From an uncultured Pelagibacteraceae bacterium (GTDB taxonomy: Bacteria; Pseudomonadota; Alphaproteobacteria; Pelagibacterales; Pelagibacteraceae): a DNA stretch of 64,000 nucleotides. Both the position numbers and the translations under genes were made by a program. The number at the start of each line of letters is the position of its first letter. The first letter of the stretch is position 1. Location: contig CABYFB010000006.1 in the NCBI GenBank assembly GCA_902518165.1, positions 2,303-66,302 of the forward strand, written 5' to 3'. A model generated the notes under the pieces. The model saw only the letters and a program-made list of their open reading frames with translations, did not search any database and was not told where the DNA came from. Below, piece after piece: positions 34,619 through 44,134 of the stretch.

Positions 34619-35307
34619 AAATTAAAACAGCAATAGTTTTATGCGCAGGATTTGGAAAAAGATTAATGCCATTAACTGAGAAAACACCAAAACCACTCTT
34701 AAAAATTAATGAGATTAGCTTATTAGAAAATACTATAAACTTGATAAAAGTATTAGAAATAAAATCTTTAAAAATTAATACTTTCTATTTAAGTGATAAA
34801 ATAAAAGATTTCATTTTTTCAAATAATTTTGGTTTAGAAATTCAAATTATAGAAGATGGTAAAGAAATATTAGATACAGGGGGCGGTCTTTTAAATGTAG
34901 TAAATAATTCAGTTGAAACAGATTTTATAGTTTTTAATCCTGATACAATTTGGAACGCTGAATATGCAAATGAAATTAAGAAGATGGAAAATATATATTT
35001 TAAAAATAACTTAGAAAATATTTTAATGGTTGTAAAAAAAGATTTAAGTTTTGATAAAAGATTTAAAGGCGATTTTTTTATGGATGGCAATAATTTAAAA
35101 AAGAACAATGATAAAGATTATATTTATACAGGGTGCCAAATTATAAATAAAAAAATATTTAAAGATTTATCAAAAAAAATATTTTCAATGAATGAGATTT
35201 GGGATAACTACATTAAAAAAGAAAATTTGTATGGTTTCGAGAGTAGTATTGAGTTTCTTCATTTAACGGATAAAGATATTTACAAAAAACTTCTTCAAAG
35301 AGGTTAG
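34615..35307 (+). CDS. murU: MurNAc-1-phosphate uridylyltransferase
   Basis: LCAGFGKRLMPLT..PKPLL, LDTGGG; follows amgK. Confidence 0.8.
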   Translation: MKIKTAIVLCAGFGKRLMPLTEKTPKPLLKINEISLLENTINLIKVLEIKSLKINTFYLSDKIKDFIFSNNFGLEIQIIEDGKEILDTGGGLLNVVNNSVETDFIVFNPDTIWNAEYANEIKKMENIYFKNNLENILMVVKKDLSFDKRFKGDFFMDGNNLKKNNDKDYIYTGCQIINKKIFKDLSKKIFSMNEIWDNYIKKENLYGFESSIEFLHLTDKDIYKKLLQRG

Positions 35308-36014
35308 AATTTAATTAAATCTCTAGATCTACTCTGATCTAGGTATTTAGCTTCTTTTATATTCTTTTTTTCAAATTTCAAAAGTAGAGGATTTCCTGTT
35401 GGTATTTCAAGATTAGAAATTTCGTTGTCATCAATTTTAAATAAATATTTTAAAAGTGATCTAATAGAATTACCATGAGCAGATATAATTATGTTATCCT
35501 GCAATTTTTTCTCTATGTTTTCGACAAAATAGGGCACAACTCTTTCATAAGTATCTTTAAGAGACTCTGTATCTGGAATTAGGCTAAGGGGTATATCATT
35601 GTAAATACTTATATTTTTTGGATGGTATGGACTATTTATATTTAAAGGTTTTGGTGGATTATCCCAAGATCTTCTGAATTTGTGAACCTCATCTTCTCCT
35701 AGTTTTTTTTTCATTTCATCTTTATTTAATCCCGTAAGTGATCCGTAGTGTCTTTCATTTAATTGCCAAGCCTTAATTATATTATTTGGTTTTACTCTAA
35801 TTGTATTTAAAATGAGTTTTAAAGTATCAATCGATCTTAGTTGATAAGAAGTATAAAAATGTTTTATTTCTAAATTTAATTTTTTTATGAATTCACCAGC
35901 TTTACAAGCTTCTAATTTACCTTGTGGTGCAAGTTCAACGTCGACCCATCCTGTAAATCTATTTTCTAAATTCCATTCGCTTTGACCATGTCTAACAAGT
36001 ATTAAGTGACTCAT
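35304..36014 (-). CDS. gpmA: 2,3-BPG-dependent phosphoglycerate mutase
   Basis: RHGQSEWN..NRFTGW, LNERHYG, AHGNS, IPTG. Confidence 0.95.
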   Translation of the reverse strand: MSHLILVRHGQSEWNLENRFTGWVDVELAPQGKLEACKAGEFIKKLNLEIKHFYTSYQLRSIDTLKLILNTIRVKPNNIIKAWQLNERHYGSLTGLNKDEMKKKLGEDEVHKFRRSWDNPPKPLNINSPYHPKNISIYNDIPLSLIPDTESLKDTYERVVPYFVENIEKKLQDNIIISAHGNSIRSLLKYLFKIDDNEISNLEIPTGNPLLLKFEKKNIKEAKYLDQSRSRDLIKF

Positions 36015-36040
36015 TTATGAAAATTTAATATAGATTAACT

Positions 36041-36412
36041 ATGAATTACATAAAGCAGTTTTTTTATTTGTCTAACGTAGTTTTATTTATTTTTTACTTA
36101 TATCCTGGTAGTATTTTTGGATGTTTTATTTATAGTGATTGTAAAATTCAACCACAATTAACAAGAGATTTTTTAGTATCTTCAAATCATGTTTATGTTT
36201 TCCTTATTATATCCATTCTAGGATTAATTGCTTTTAAGCATAAATTAAAAAATATTTATATTTACCTTATTTGTGTTTCTATTTTTTTAGAAATCCTGCA
36301 CTTAATGATTCCAGAAAGAGGATTTGAATTAGGTGATTTGTTTGGTAATATAATAGGTGTATTTATATCATTTTTATTTTTTATAATAATTTATAAAGGT
36401 AGGCTGCAATGA
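36041..36412 (+). CDS. VanZ-like membrane protein
   Basis: Hydrophobic segments with E..H..IPERGFE..D..GN..G pattern. Confidence 0.6.
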   Translation: MNYIKQFFYLSNVVLFIFYLYPGSIFGCFIYSDCKIQPQLTRDFLVSSNHVYVFLIISILGLIAFKHKLKNIYIYLICVSIFLEILHLMIPERGFELGDLFGNIIGVFISFLFFIIIYKGRLQ

Positions 36413-36717
36413 GTTCATTCGATGAGAGAAAAAAAGGTTTTGAAAAAAAATTTGCTCATGATGAGGAAAAACAATTTAAAATTAATGCAAGAAAAAATAA
36501 ATATTTAGGAGAGTGGGCCTCACAAATTTTGGGATATGATGAGGAAAAAAAAAATCAATATATTCAAGATGTAATTAAAGCTGATTTTGCTGAGGCAGGT
36601 GATGAAGATGTGTATAGAAAGCTTTACGGAGATTTAAAAGATAAAAATATATCTGAAGACCAAATCAGAAAAAAAATGCAAGAATGTAATGAAAAAGCAA
36701 CTACTGAAGTTAGTTAG
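36409..36717 (+). CDS. DUF1476 protein = zeta-subunit F1Fo-ATPase inhibitor family
   Basis: SFDERKKGFEKKFAHDEE.QFKINARKNKYLGEWA, ADFAEAGDEDV.RK. Confidence 0.85.
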   Translation: MSSFDERKKGFEKKFAHDEEKQFKINARKNKYLGEWASQILGYDEEKKNQYIQDVIKADFAEAGDEDVYRKLYGDLKDKNISEDQIRKKMQECNEKATTEVS

Positions 36718-37201
36718 TTTTTTATTTTTATTTACATTTGTAGCAACAAATTATTTGCTATCAGAAACAATCCTAATTTCAGATAACATTAAAATAATTG
36801 ATGGTGATACAATTTTATTAGATAATAAAAAAATTCGTTTTTCAGGAATAGATGCTCCAGAAACTAAATTTAAAGGAAAGCAACAGTTTTGTTTAAAAAA
36901 TAAAAAAAAAATTAATTGTGGAAAAATTTCAAAAAATTCTCTCACAGAAAAAATTATAAATAAAAAATTAAAATGTCTAATCGAGCCTCAAAAAGATTAT
37001 TTTGGTAGGTATTTAGGAGAGTGTTTTATGAATAATGAGAGTGTTTCAGCTTACATGGTAAGAAATGGATTAGCCTTCGATTATCCAAAATATTCAAAAA
37101 AAAAATATTCTAAAGATCAAATTTATGCAAAAAATAATAAGTTAGGTTTATGGAGTATGGAATTTGATTATCCATGGATATGGAGAAAAAATAATAGATA
37201 A
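36689..37201 (+). CDS. Secreted thermonuclease (SNase-like)
   Basis: Signal peptide, IDGDT, IRFSGIDAPE, DYFGRYL, KLGLW. Confidence 0.88.
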   Translation: MKKQLLKLVSFLFLFTFVATNYLLSETILISDNIKIIDGDTILLDNKKIRFSGIDAPETKFKGKQQFCLKNKKKINCGKISKNSLTEKIINKKLKCLIEPQKDYFGRYLGECFMNNESVSAYMVRNGLAFDYPKYSKKKYSKDQIYAKNNKLGLWSMEFDYPWIWRKNNR

Positions 37202-37214
37202 TTTATATTAAACT

Positions 37215-37814
37215 GTGATTCTTTTTAGAAAGTTTTATTTATTTTTTGGTCTATTATTTTTAACTGCTTGCTCATCGATACCTCAAAATACATCAGATGG
37301 CTGTTCAATATTTTCTGAGAGATATCTTTGGTATAAACACGCAAAAAAAACTGAAAAAAAGTGGGGAACACCAATCAACTTACAATTAGCAATAATAAAA
37401 ATGGAATCTGACTTTGATTGGCTTGCTAAGCCTGCGCGTCAAAAATTATTTAAAGTTATACCTTATAAAAGACCTTCCAGTTCATTTGGATACTCACAAG
37501 CTATTAAAGGTACTTGGAAACAATATAAAGATGAGACTGGAAATAAATATGCTTTAAGAACTAGATTTAAAGATAGTGTTGATTTTATCGGCTGGTATAC
37601 AAATAAAACAGAAAAAATTTTAAAAGTTTCAAAAAAAGATGCTTTCAGACAATATATTGCTTATCATGAAGGCTGGGGAAATTATAAAAATTATAAAAGC
37701 AATCAGAAAGTTATTGTATTGGCAAAAAAAGTAGAGGGATATTCAAATAAGTTCAAGAAACAGCTTAATAAATGTAGTCAATCTTTAACTACTAAAAAAT
37801 ATATTATTTTTTAA
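37215..37814 (+). CDS. Lipoprotein with lytic transglycosylase (SLT-like) domain (GTG start)
   Basis: Lipobox LTAC, IIKMESDF, SSSFGYSQA..TW, YIAYHEGWG. Confidence 0.75.
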   Translation: MILFRKFYLFFGLLFLTACSSIPQNTSDGCSIFSERYLWYKHAKKTEKKWGTPINLQLAIIKMESDFDWLAKPARQKLFKVIPYKRPSSSFGYSQAIKGTWKQYKDETGNKYALRTRFKDSVDFIGWYTNKTEKILKVSKKDAFRQYIAYHEGWGNYKNYKSNQKVIVLAKKVEGYSNKFKKQLNKCSQSLTTKKYIIF

Positions 37815-40800
37815 TCAATTGCTTTTCTAGCTCCAGATCTACTGCATCTATTCTCTTTGTGTTTTTTGCTAGTGTTAAATACATAGTTGGAGTTACATAT
37901 AATGTAAAGAATGTAGAAATAATCATTCCACCAAAGATTGTTGATCCAACTGCTAATCTAGATGCCTCACCTGCGCCCGGACCTATGTTACCTACTATAA
38001 GAGGCAACATTGCAATCATGGTGCTTAATGAAGTCATTATGATTGGTCTTATTCTTAATTTACAAGCTTCCATCAATGCTTCCTCAATTTTTGCACCTGT
38101 TGTTCGAATTTGGTTAGTATAGTCAACGATAAGAATACTATTTTTAGTGGATATACCGATTAATATAATCAAGGCGATTTGCGAAAATATATTTATCGAA
38201 CTATTTAGAAATAAAATGAATACAAGACCTCCAAAAACTGCAAGAGGCACAGTCAATATAATAATAAAAGGATGAACAAACGAATTAAAAGTAGCAGCCA
38301 TTACTAAATATGCAGTTATTAATGCTAAAGCAAAAATAAGAAATATTTCGTTACTTGTCTCCTTTAGTTCTTCGGACTTACCCTTCCAAGTTATTTGATT
38401 TTGAGGGGCAACTCGCAACATTACGTCTTCTAAATATTTTATAGCTTCAGACAATGTATATTCTTCAGATAAAGCTGCCGATATAGTTACTGCTCGTTGT
38501 CTATTATACCTAGGTAATGACTCAGCAGTTCCTTTCTCTTCAAATTCTACCAGACTTGCAATAGACACTAATTTTCCTGTAGTTTCTGATCTTACAAAAA
38601 TCTTTGATAAGCCATCTTTATCTCTTCTATCTGCTAAATACTGCTGAAGAATAATGGGGTATTCTCTTCCTTCTTTATTATATGTTGTAACTCTCTTTCC
38701 ACCGTATAATGTTTCTAGCGTTCTGCCAATATTTTCTATTGAGACTCCTAAATCATTTGCTCGATTTTTATTTGTGATTAATTTTACTTCAGGTTTATTT
38801 TTTGTGTAATCACTTTCAATTCTAAACATATTTCTATTTCTTCTTAGTTCTCTTAAAACTTGACTTTGAATTTGTTCTAACTCTTCATAACTTGTCCCAT
38901 AAATCACCATTTGAACTGGTTTATTATAGCTAGAAACTCTTATAGATTGAGGTGATATAGGAAACGCAAACGTCTCAGGCACACTAACAACTTGTCCAAT
39001 AGCTTCTCTTAAAACAACTTGTGTACTCTTTTCTCTATTTTTCCATTCATCTAAAAGTGCAATTATAATAAAAGAGTTATAAGAGGTTGCAGATTTACCA
39101 AATCCTGGGACCCTCATAATTAATCTTTGGTAAGGGCTGTCTTCTGCTTGTAACAATTTTAATATTCTTCCCTCAATTATTTGGGCTTTTTCTTGTGTGT
39201 ACTCGAATGAACTTCCTTCATCTGTAGAACCAATTATTAAATAAGCCCCTCTATCTTCTAATGGTATCAATTCTTTTTTAGTAAAGTTAAATAAATAAAC
39301 TGAAGCTGCAATTAATAGAATTATAAATATCGAAATTGTTTTCTGTTTATTAATCCAAAATTTTAAGGTGTCGATATAAAATTCTGTAAAAGATTTAAAT
39401 CCATTATTGAATTTATTTACAAAAAAATTAATTTTTTCTTTTTTATTTAAAAACTTACTTCCTAACATTGGTGAAAGTGTTAAAGCCACAAATGAAGAAA
39501 CAACAATTGAGAAAGATAGTGCTATTGCAGTTTCTTTAAACAAGGTACCAGCTATACCCTCAATAAAAATTAAAGGTAAAAAAACTGCAACTAAGATTAA
39601 AGTTGTAGCTATTATCGCAAATGTTATTTGTCTTGAACCTTTATAAGCAGCTACAAGTGGCGTTTCTCCCTTTTCAATTCTTGTATAAATTGCATCTGTC
39701 ATTATTACAGAATCATCAGTTATTATTCCAATTGCTAAAATAAAACTTAAGAGGACAAATATATTTATAGAAAGATCAAATATATATAAACCTAAAAACG
39801 AACCAATTAAACTTACTGGCAAAGCTACAGCTGGTACAATTACAGCTTTTAGGTTCCCCAAAAACAAGTAAATTATTACCACCACCAAAATAAAAGCAAT
39901 AATTAAACTTTTATAAACCTCCTGTATTGCAGTTCCTACGTAAGTTGCTCTATTAAATGCTATTTCTAATTTTAAACCATCTGGTAAAGATTGATTTAAA
40001 ACTTTTATTTTCTCTTTGATTTGATTTGAAAGTTCGACAGTTGATGCTCCACTTTTTGCATATATTCCAATCCCAACTGTTTTTAAATTAGCTGCATTTT
40101 TTCTTTGAGCTTTAAATAAAGTTTTCTCAGAAACTGGACCAAGCTCAACATTTGCAATATCAGAAAGGGTTGTGACTTTATCTTTGTTTTTCTTAAGAGG
40201 AAGCTGCTTGATTGTTTCAATGTTAGAGTAAGACTTATCAATATTAAGAGTTAAATCTTTGTTACTAGCTTCTAAAGTTCCAGCGGGGATGTTTATGTTT
40301 TCATTTCTTAATGCTCTCTCGACTTCCTGAATAGTAAGATTATTGGCTGCTAATTTGATAGGATCTACCCAAACTCTTACACTTAGCTCTCTTAATCCAC
40401 CGACTAAAATTCTACCAACATTTGGTACACTCGAAAAGGCATCTATAAGATATCTTTCTGCATAATCACCCAAATCTAAATCATTCCAAGTTGGTGACGA
40501 TAGCGCAACCCACATTGTAGTTGTAAAACCTGCTGCTTGTTTCAAAATTTGAGGCGGGTTTGCTTGATCTGGCAAATTGTCCGCAACTCTTGATACTCTT
40601 TCTCTTATGTCATTTGCTGCATCATCTAAATCTATATCTGTATTAAAATAAATATTTATTCTACTTCTTCCATTAAGCGAACTAGAATCAATGTTCTTAA
40701 TTCCTTCTGCTCCTCCTATAACATCTTCTATTTTTTGTGTTATCTCTTCATCAACAATTTCAGCTGAAGCCGATTTATAATCGGTTTGTACCTGTACCAC

Positions 40801-40932
40801 TGGAGGCTGAATACCATCTGGTAATTCCCTAACAGGTAATTCCCAAAATACAAAAATTCCAAAAATAATTAGTATCATTGACATTACCCATGCAACGACA
40901 GGTCTTTTAATACTAACTTCAGTTATATACAT
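37804..40932 (-). CDS. RND efflux transporter permease (AcrB superfamily)
   Basis: SIKRP N-terminus; proton-relay motifs TDDSVI, KNSILIV, RIRPIIMTS; 1042 aa. Confidence 0.95.
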   Translation of the reverse strand: MYITEVSIKRPVVAWVMSMILIIFGIFVFWELPVRELPDGIQPPVVQVQTDYKSASAEIVDEEITQKIEDVIGGAEGIKNIDSSSLNGRSRINIYFNTDIDLDDAANDIRERVSRVADNLPDQANPPQILKQAAGFTTTMWVALSSPTWNDLDLGDYAERYLIDAFSSVPNVGRILVGGLRELSVRVWVDPIKLAANNLTIQEVERALRNENINIPAGTLEASNKDLTLNIDKSYSNIETIKQLPLKKNKDKVTTLSDIANVELGPVSEKTLFKAQRKNAANLKTVGIGIYAKSGASTVELSNQIKEKIKVLNQSLPDGLKLEIAFNRATYVGTAIQEVYKSLIIAFILVVVIIYLFLGNLKAVIVPAVALPVSLIGSFLGLYIFDLSINIFVLLSFILAIGIITDDSVIMTDAIYTRIEKGETPLVAAYKGSRQITFAIIATTLILVAVFLPLIFIEGIAGTLFKETAIALSFSIVVSSFVALTLSPMLGSKFLNKKEKINFFVNKFNNGFKSFTEFYIDTLKFWINKQKTISIFIILLIAASVYLFNFTKKELIPLEDRGAYLIIGSTDEGSSFEYTQEKAQIIEGRILKLLQAEDSPYQRLIMRVPGFGKSATSYNSFIIIALLDEWKNREKSTQVVLREAIGQVVSVPETFAFPISPQSIRVSSYNKPVQMVIYGTSYEELEQIQSQVLRELRRNRNMFRIESDYTKNKPEVKLITNKNRANDLGVSIENIGRTLETLYGGKRVTTYNKEGREYPIILQQYLADRRDKDGLSKIFVRSETTGKLVSIASLVEFEEKGTAESLPRYNRQRAVTISAALSEEYTLSEAIKYLEDVMLRVAPQNQITWKGKSEELKETSNEIFLIFALALITAYLVMAATFNSFVHPFIIILTVPLAVFGGLVFILFLNSSINIFSQIALIILIGISTKNSILIVDYTNQIRTTGAKIEEALMEACKLRIRPIIMTSLSTMIAMLPLIVGNIGPGAGEASRLAVGSTIFGGMIISTFFTLYVTPTMYLTLAKNTKRIDAVDLELEKQLIKK

Positions 40933-40939
40933 GTATTAA

Positions 40940-41956
40940 TTATTTTTTATTTTCTTGTTTTTCAGACTCAGACTTTTTAAATATATTTAATTTTTGTAAC
41001 CACGCAAACATACCATTCTTGTTTTCTTTAGTATCTTTTTTCTTTTTTCCACCCCAACTAGATTTGTTTTGATTTGCTACTTTAGCACCTTTTTTTATAG
41101 GTCTTATTATTAAATTTGGTCTAACTTTTTTTGTCCCTTCAGCAACTACTTTGTCTCCAACATTTAGGCCACTTATGACTTCAACAAAACCAAGATATCT
41201 ATCACCGGTATCTATATTTGTTTTTATTGCTTTATTTTTTTCGTCAATTTTATAGATAAATATATTATCACCTTCCACTATTGTGCTGGTATCTGGTATA
41301 CTCAAGCTTTCTCTTGTATCATATTTTATTGAAATTTCTAAAAATGAGCCAGGCAAAATTTCACCAGATGTATTATCCATTTTAATCCTAGTTGGTAATG
41401 ATCTAGTATCTTCACTAATTCGACTAGCTAACGAGTCAACTTCACCTTTATAGGTTTTATCTTTGTATCCAGAAAATTTTATATCAACGGGTAAACCAAC
41501 TTTAATAAATGGTACAAACATTTCAGGAATATCTACATCACAATAGATAATACTGGTATTTTCGAGATTAACCAAGATTGAAGACTTTGAAACTTCGATA
41601 TCTTCTGAAAATTCTCTTTTTCCAATTGTTCCATCAAACTGAGCGGTAATTTTTCTATTTTTAAGTTCTGCAATTACATCACCCTTTTTTACTCTTTGAT
41701 TAAAGTTGATAGGTTTAAGTATTTCATACTTCTCAATTTTATAGGATTGTGTTTTAAATGGTCTTGCTGTTCCGTATGTGCTTATTAAATTTTCAAAAAC
41801 TCTATTTTCAGCTGCAGTAACAATTATTCCTGGAGGTGGTCTTTTACTAAATTTCTTTTTAAAATGATTTCCAATCATTGTTCTACCAACAATCACTGTA
41901 GCTATGATTAAAAAGAAAATTATTATTATGCTTGTAATTTTTGTTGATCTTTTCAT
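40940..41956 (-). CDS. RND periplasmic adaptor (MFP) lacking the alpha-helical hairpin
   Basis: N-terminal TM anchor; lipoyl halves QRVKKGDVIAEL and ITAQFDGTIG almost contiguous; beta-barrel and membrane-proximal motifs (ILPGSFL, LSIP, GLNVGDKVV.EG). Confidence 0.85.
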   Translation of the reverse strand: MKRSTKITSIIIIFFLIIATVIVGRTMIGNHFKKKFSKRPPPGIIVTAAENRVFENLISTYGTARPFKTQSYKIEKYEILKPINFNQRVKKGDVIAELKNRKITAQFDGTIGKREFSEDIEVSKSSILVNLENTSIIYCDVDIPEMFVPFIKVGLPVDIKFSGYKDKTYKGEVDSLASRISEDTRSLPTRIKMDNTSGEILPGSFLEISIKYDTRESLSIPDTSTIVEGDNIFIYKIDEKNKAIKTNIDTGDRYLGFVEVISGLNVGDKVVAEGTKKVRPNLIIRPIKKGAKVANQNKSSWGGKKKKDTKENKNGMFAWLQKLNIFKKSESEKQENKK

Positions 41957-41959
41957 ATT

Positions 41960-42772
41960 TTATATTTTACCATATTCTGCCCATGAGCCATCATAAATGA
42001 CTGGAAGATACTTATTATTTACTTGAGAATATGCAAGTGCCAAAACACAAGCTGTGATCCCAGAACCACATGAAAACACTACATTTATTGGGTCATTTAA
42101 AGATAAATCTTTAAAATAAGACGAAATTTCAGTTTTACTTTTAAAAGTAAAATCGTCATTGATAAGAGTTTTAAACGGTAAGCAAATTGAATTAGGTATT
42201 GAACCACTTCTTACATTTTTTCTTGGGTCTGGAGTTGTGCCATTAAAACGATCTTTGCTTCTCGCATCAACTAAATCAAATTTTTTTTTAATTATATTTT
42301 GGTCAATCTGATCTTTGCTCTTAACCATTCCATTATTTTCTTTTGCTTTATAGCTAGTTGTTTGAATAATTATATTATTAGCAGAAGTTATTCTTTTTTC
42401 TTTTTTCCATTTATTAAAACCTCCATCTAAAACATGTACTTTCTTTTTATCATGGCCAAAGTAAATTAAATTAAACCATACTCTACAAGCACTTAAAACA
42501 TCAGAATTATCATAAATCACAATTTCGTCTTCGTTAGATATGCCCATAGATGATAGTATATTTTCCCACGAACTAATGTCCGTTAACATATGTGGTAAGT
42601 CAGTTGATTTATTACAATTTTTGTCGATATCAAAAAAAATTGCATTTGGTATATGCTCTTTATTAAATTCTTCTTTACCACTTCTATTTGTTGCTGGCAT
42701 ATGCCAAGAGCCATCAATTATTTTTACATTTGAGAGATTTTTTTCTAGCCACTCAGTTGATATAAGTGACAT
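41960..42772 (-). CDS. sseA: 3-mercaptopyruvate sulfurtransferase (tandem rhodanese)
   Basis: HIPNAIFFDID, LDGG, DARS..RF, CGSGITAC, YDGSWAEY. Confidence 0.92.
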   Translation of the reverse strand: MSLISTEWLEKNLSNVKIIDGSWHMPATNRSGKEEFNKEHIPNAIFFDIDKNCNKSTDLPHMLTDISSWENILSSMGISNEDEIVIYDNSDVLSACRVWFNLIYFGHDKKKVHVLDGGFNKWKKEKRITSANNIIIQTTSYKAKENNGMVKSKDQIDQNIIKKKFDLVDARSKDRFNGTTPDPRKNVRSGSIPNSICLPFKTLINDDFTFKSKTEISSYFKDLSLNDPINVVFSCGSGITACVLALAYSQVNNKYLPVIYDGSWAEYGKI

Positions 42773-43218
42773 TAGAAACTTTTTTCCAAATATTTTTGAT
42801 GATAATCTTCGGCTTTGTTATAATTTTTTGATTTTGATATTTTGGTAACGATTTTACCCTTAAATTTTTCATTAATTTCTTTCAATACTTTATTAGCGAT
42901 TTTATTTTGATTTTCATCATGAACAAATATTTCACTTCTATACTGAGTACCTACATCTAGCCCTTGCCGGTTTAAAGTAGTTGGATCATGAAATTCAAAA
43001 AAATTTCTTATTATTTCTTCATAAGAAATTTTAGTATTGTCAAATTCAACTTTAACTACTTCTGCGTGATTGGTGTCACCATAACATACTTCTTTATAAG
43101 ATGTCTTCTCAGTATTACCTCCACAATATCCAACCTCTGTATTTATTACTCCATCTAACTTGCTAAATTTTATTTCGGGTCCCCAAAAACATCCAAGTGC
43201 TAAAGTTGCTATTTCCAT
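42772..43218 (-). CDS. msrA: Peptide methionine sulfoxide reductase A
   Basis: GCFWG, NRQG.DVGTQYRS, AEDYHQKY. Confidence 0.95.
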   Translation of the reverse strand: MEIATLALGCFWGPEIKFSKLDGVINTEVGYCGGNTEKTSYKEVCYGDTNHAEVVKVEFDNTKISYEEIIRNFFEFHDPTTLNRQGLDVGTQYRSEIFVHDENQNKIANKVLKEINEKFKGKIVTKISKSKNYNKAEDYHQKYLEKSF

Positions 43219-43252
43219 TGCTAAAAATTTTTATTAATCTAAAGTTATTATC

Positions 43253-44134
43253 ATGCTTTCCAAAAATCAATTAGGCTTTTTTTACATGTTTTTATCAATA
43301 TGTGCCTTTTCATTTATGGATGTAATAGTCAAGTGGTCATCAGATTATCCAATTGGACAGGTAATGTTCTTTAGAGGTCTATTTGGTATTTTGCCAATAA
43401 TTTTTTTAGTTCCCAAGACAAGATTTAGAGATTTTTACAAAACAAATAGATCAGGATTACATTTAATTAGATGTTGTTCAGGACTGATAGCTTTAGCTGC
43501 AATATTTTTGGCACTAAGAAACCTACCACTTGCAACAGTGACAAGTATTTCATTTGCTGCACCTATATTTACAACTTTGTTATCAATATTTTTACTAAAT
43601 GAGAAAGTAGGAGTATATAGATGGGCCGCAGTATTTGTTGGTTTTATTGGTGTTTTAGTAATTACCCAACCAGGATTTTCTAGCTTAAATATTTATTATT
43701 TATTTCCAATAATCTTTTGTATTGGAATGTCCTACGTTGCAATTACAATTAGAAAACTTTCATCCACAGAACCAGTCTGGTTGATCTCATTCTTTTTTTC
43801 TTTTGCAATTACAATTGTTGGAGTTTTATCAATACCATTTGGGTGGATTATGCCAACTTTCAATGATTTCTTGCTATTATGTACAATTGGCTTGTTGGGA
43901 GGAACAGCTAACTTATTGTTAAGTCAATCTTATAAATTATCTGAGGTTTCTCTGGTTACACCTCTTAAATATTTAGGATTAATATTTGCGATATCTTTTG
44001 GATATTTTATTTGGGATGAAATTCCCACAATTAAAACATTGATGGGTGCTTCACTGGTAATAATATCATCTATCATTATATTTCGAAGAGAAATATATTT
44101 AAATAAACAAGTAACGGTAAGTAGAAATGAGTAA
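43253..44134 (+). CDS. DMT/EamA family transporter
   Basis: About 10 TM segments; APIFTT, EKVG.YRW, PLKY repeats. Confidence 0.88.
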   Translation: MLSKNQLGFFYMFLSICAFSFMDVIVKWSSDYPIGQVMFFRGLFGILPIIFLVPKTRFRDFYKTNRSGLHLIRCCSGLIALAAIFLALRNLPLATVTSISFAAPIFTTLLSIFLLNEKVGVYRWAAVFVGFIGVLVITQPGFSSLNIYYLFPIIFCIGMSYVAITIRKLSSTEPVWLISFFFSFAITIVGVLSIPFGWIMPTFNDFLLLCTIGLLGGTANLLLSQSYKLSEVSLVTPLKYLGLIFAISFGYFIWDEIPTIKTLMGASLVIISSIIIFRREIYLNKQVTVSRNE

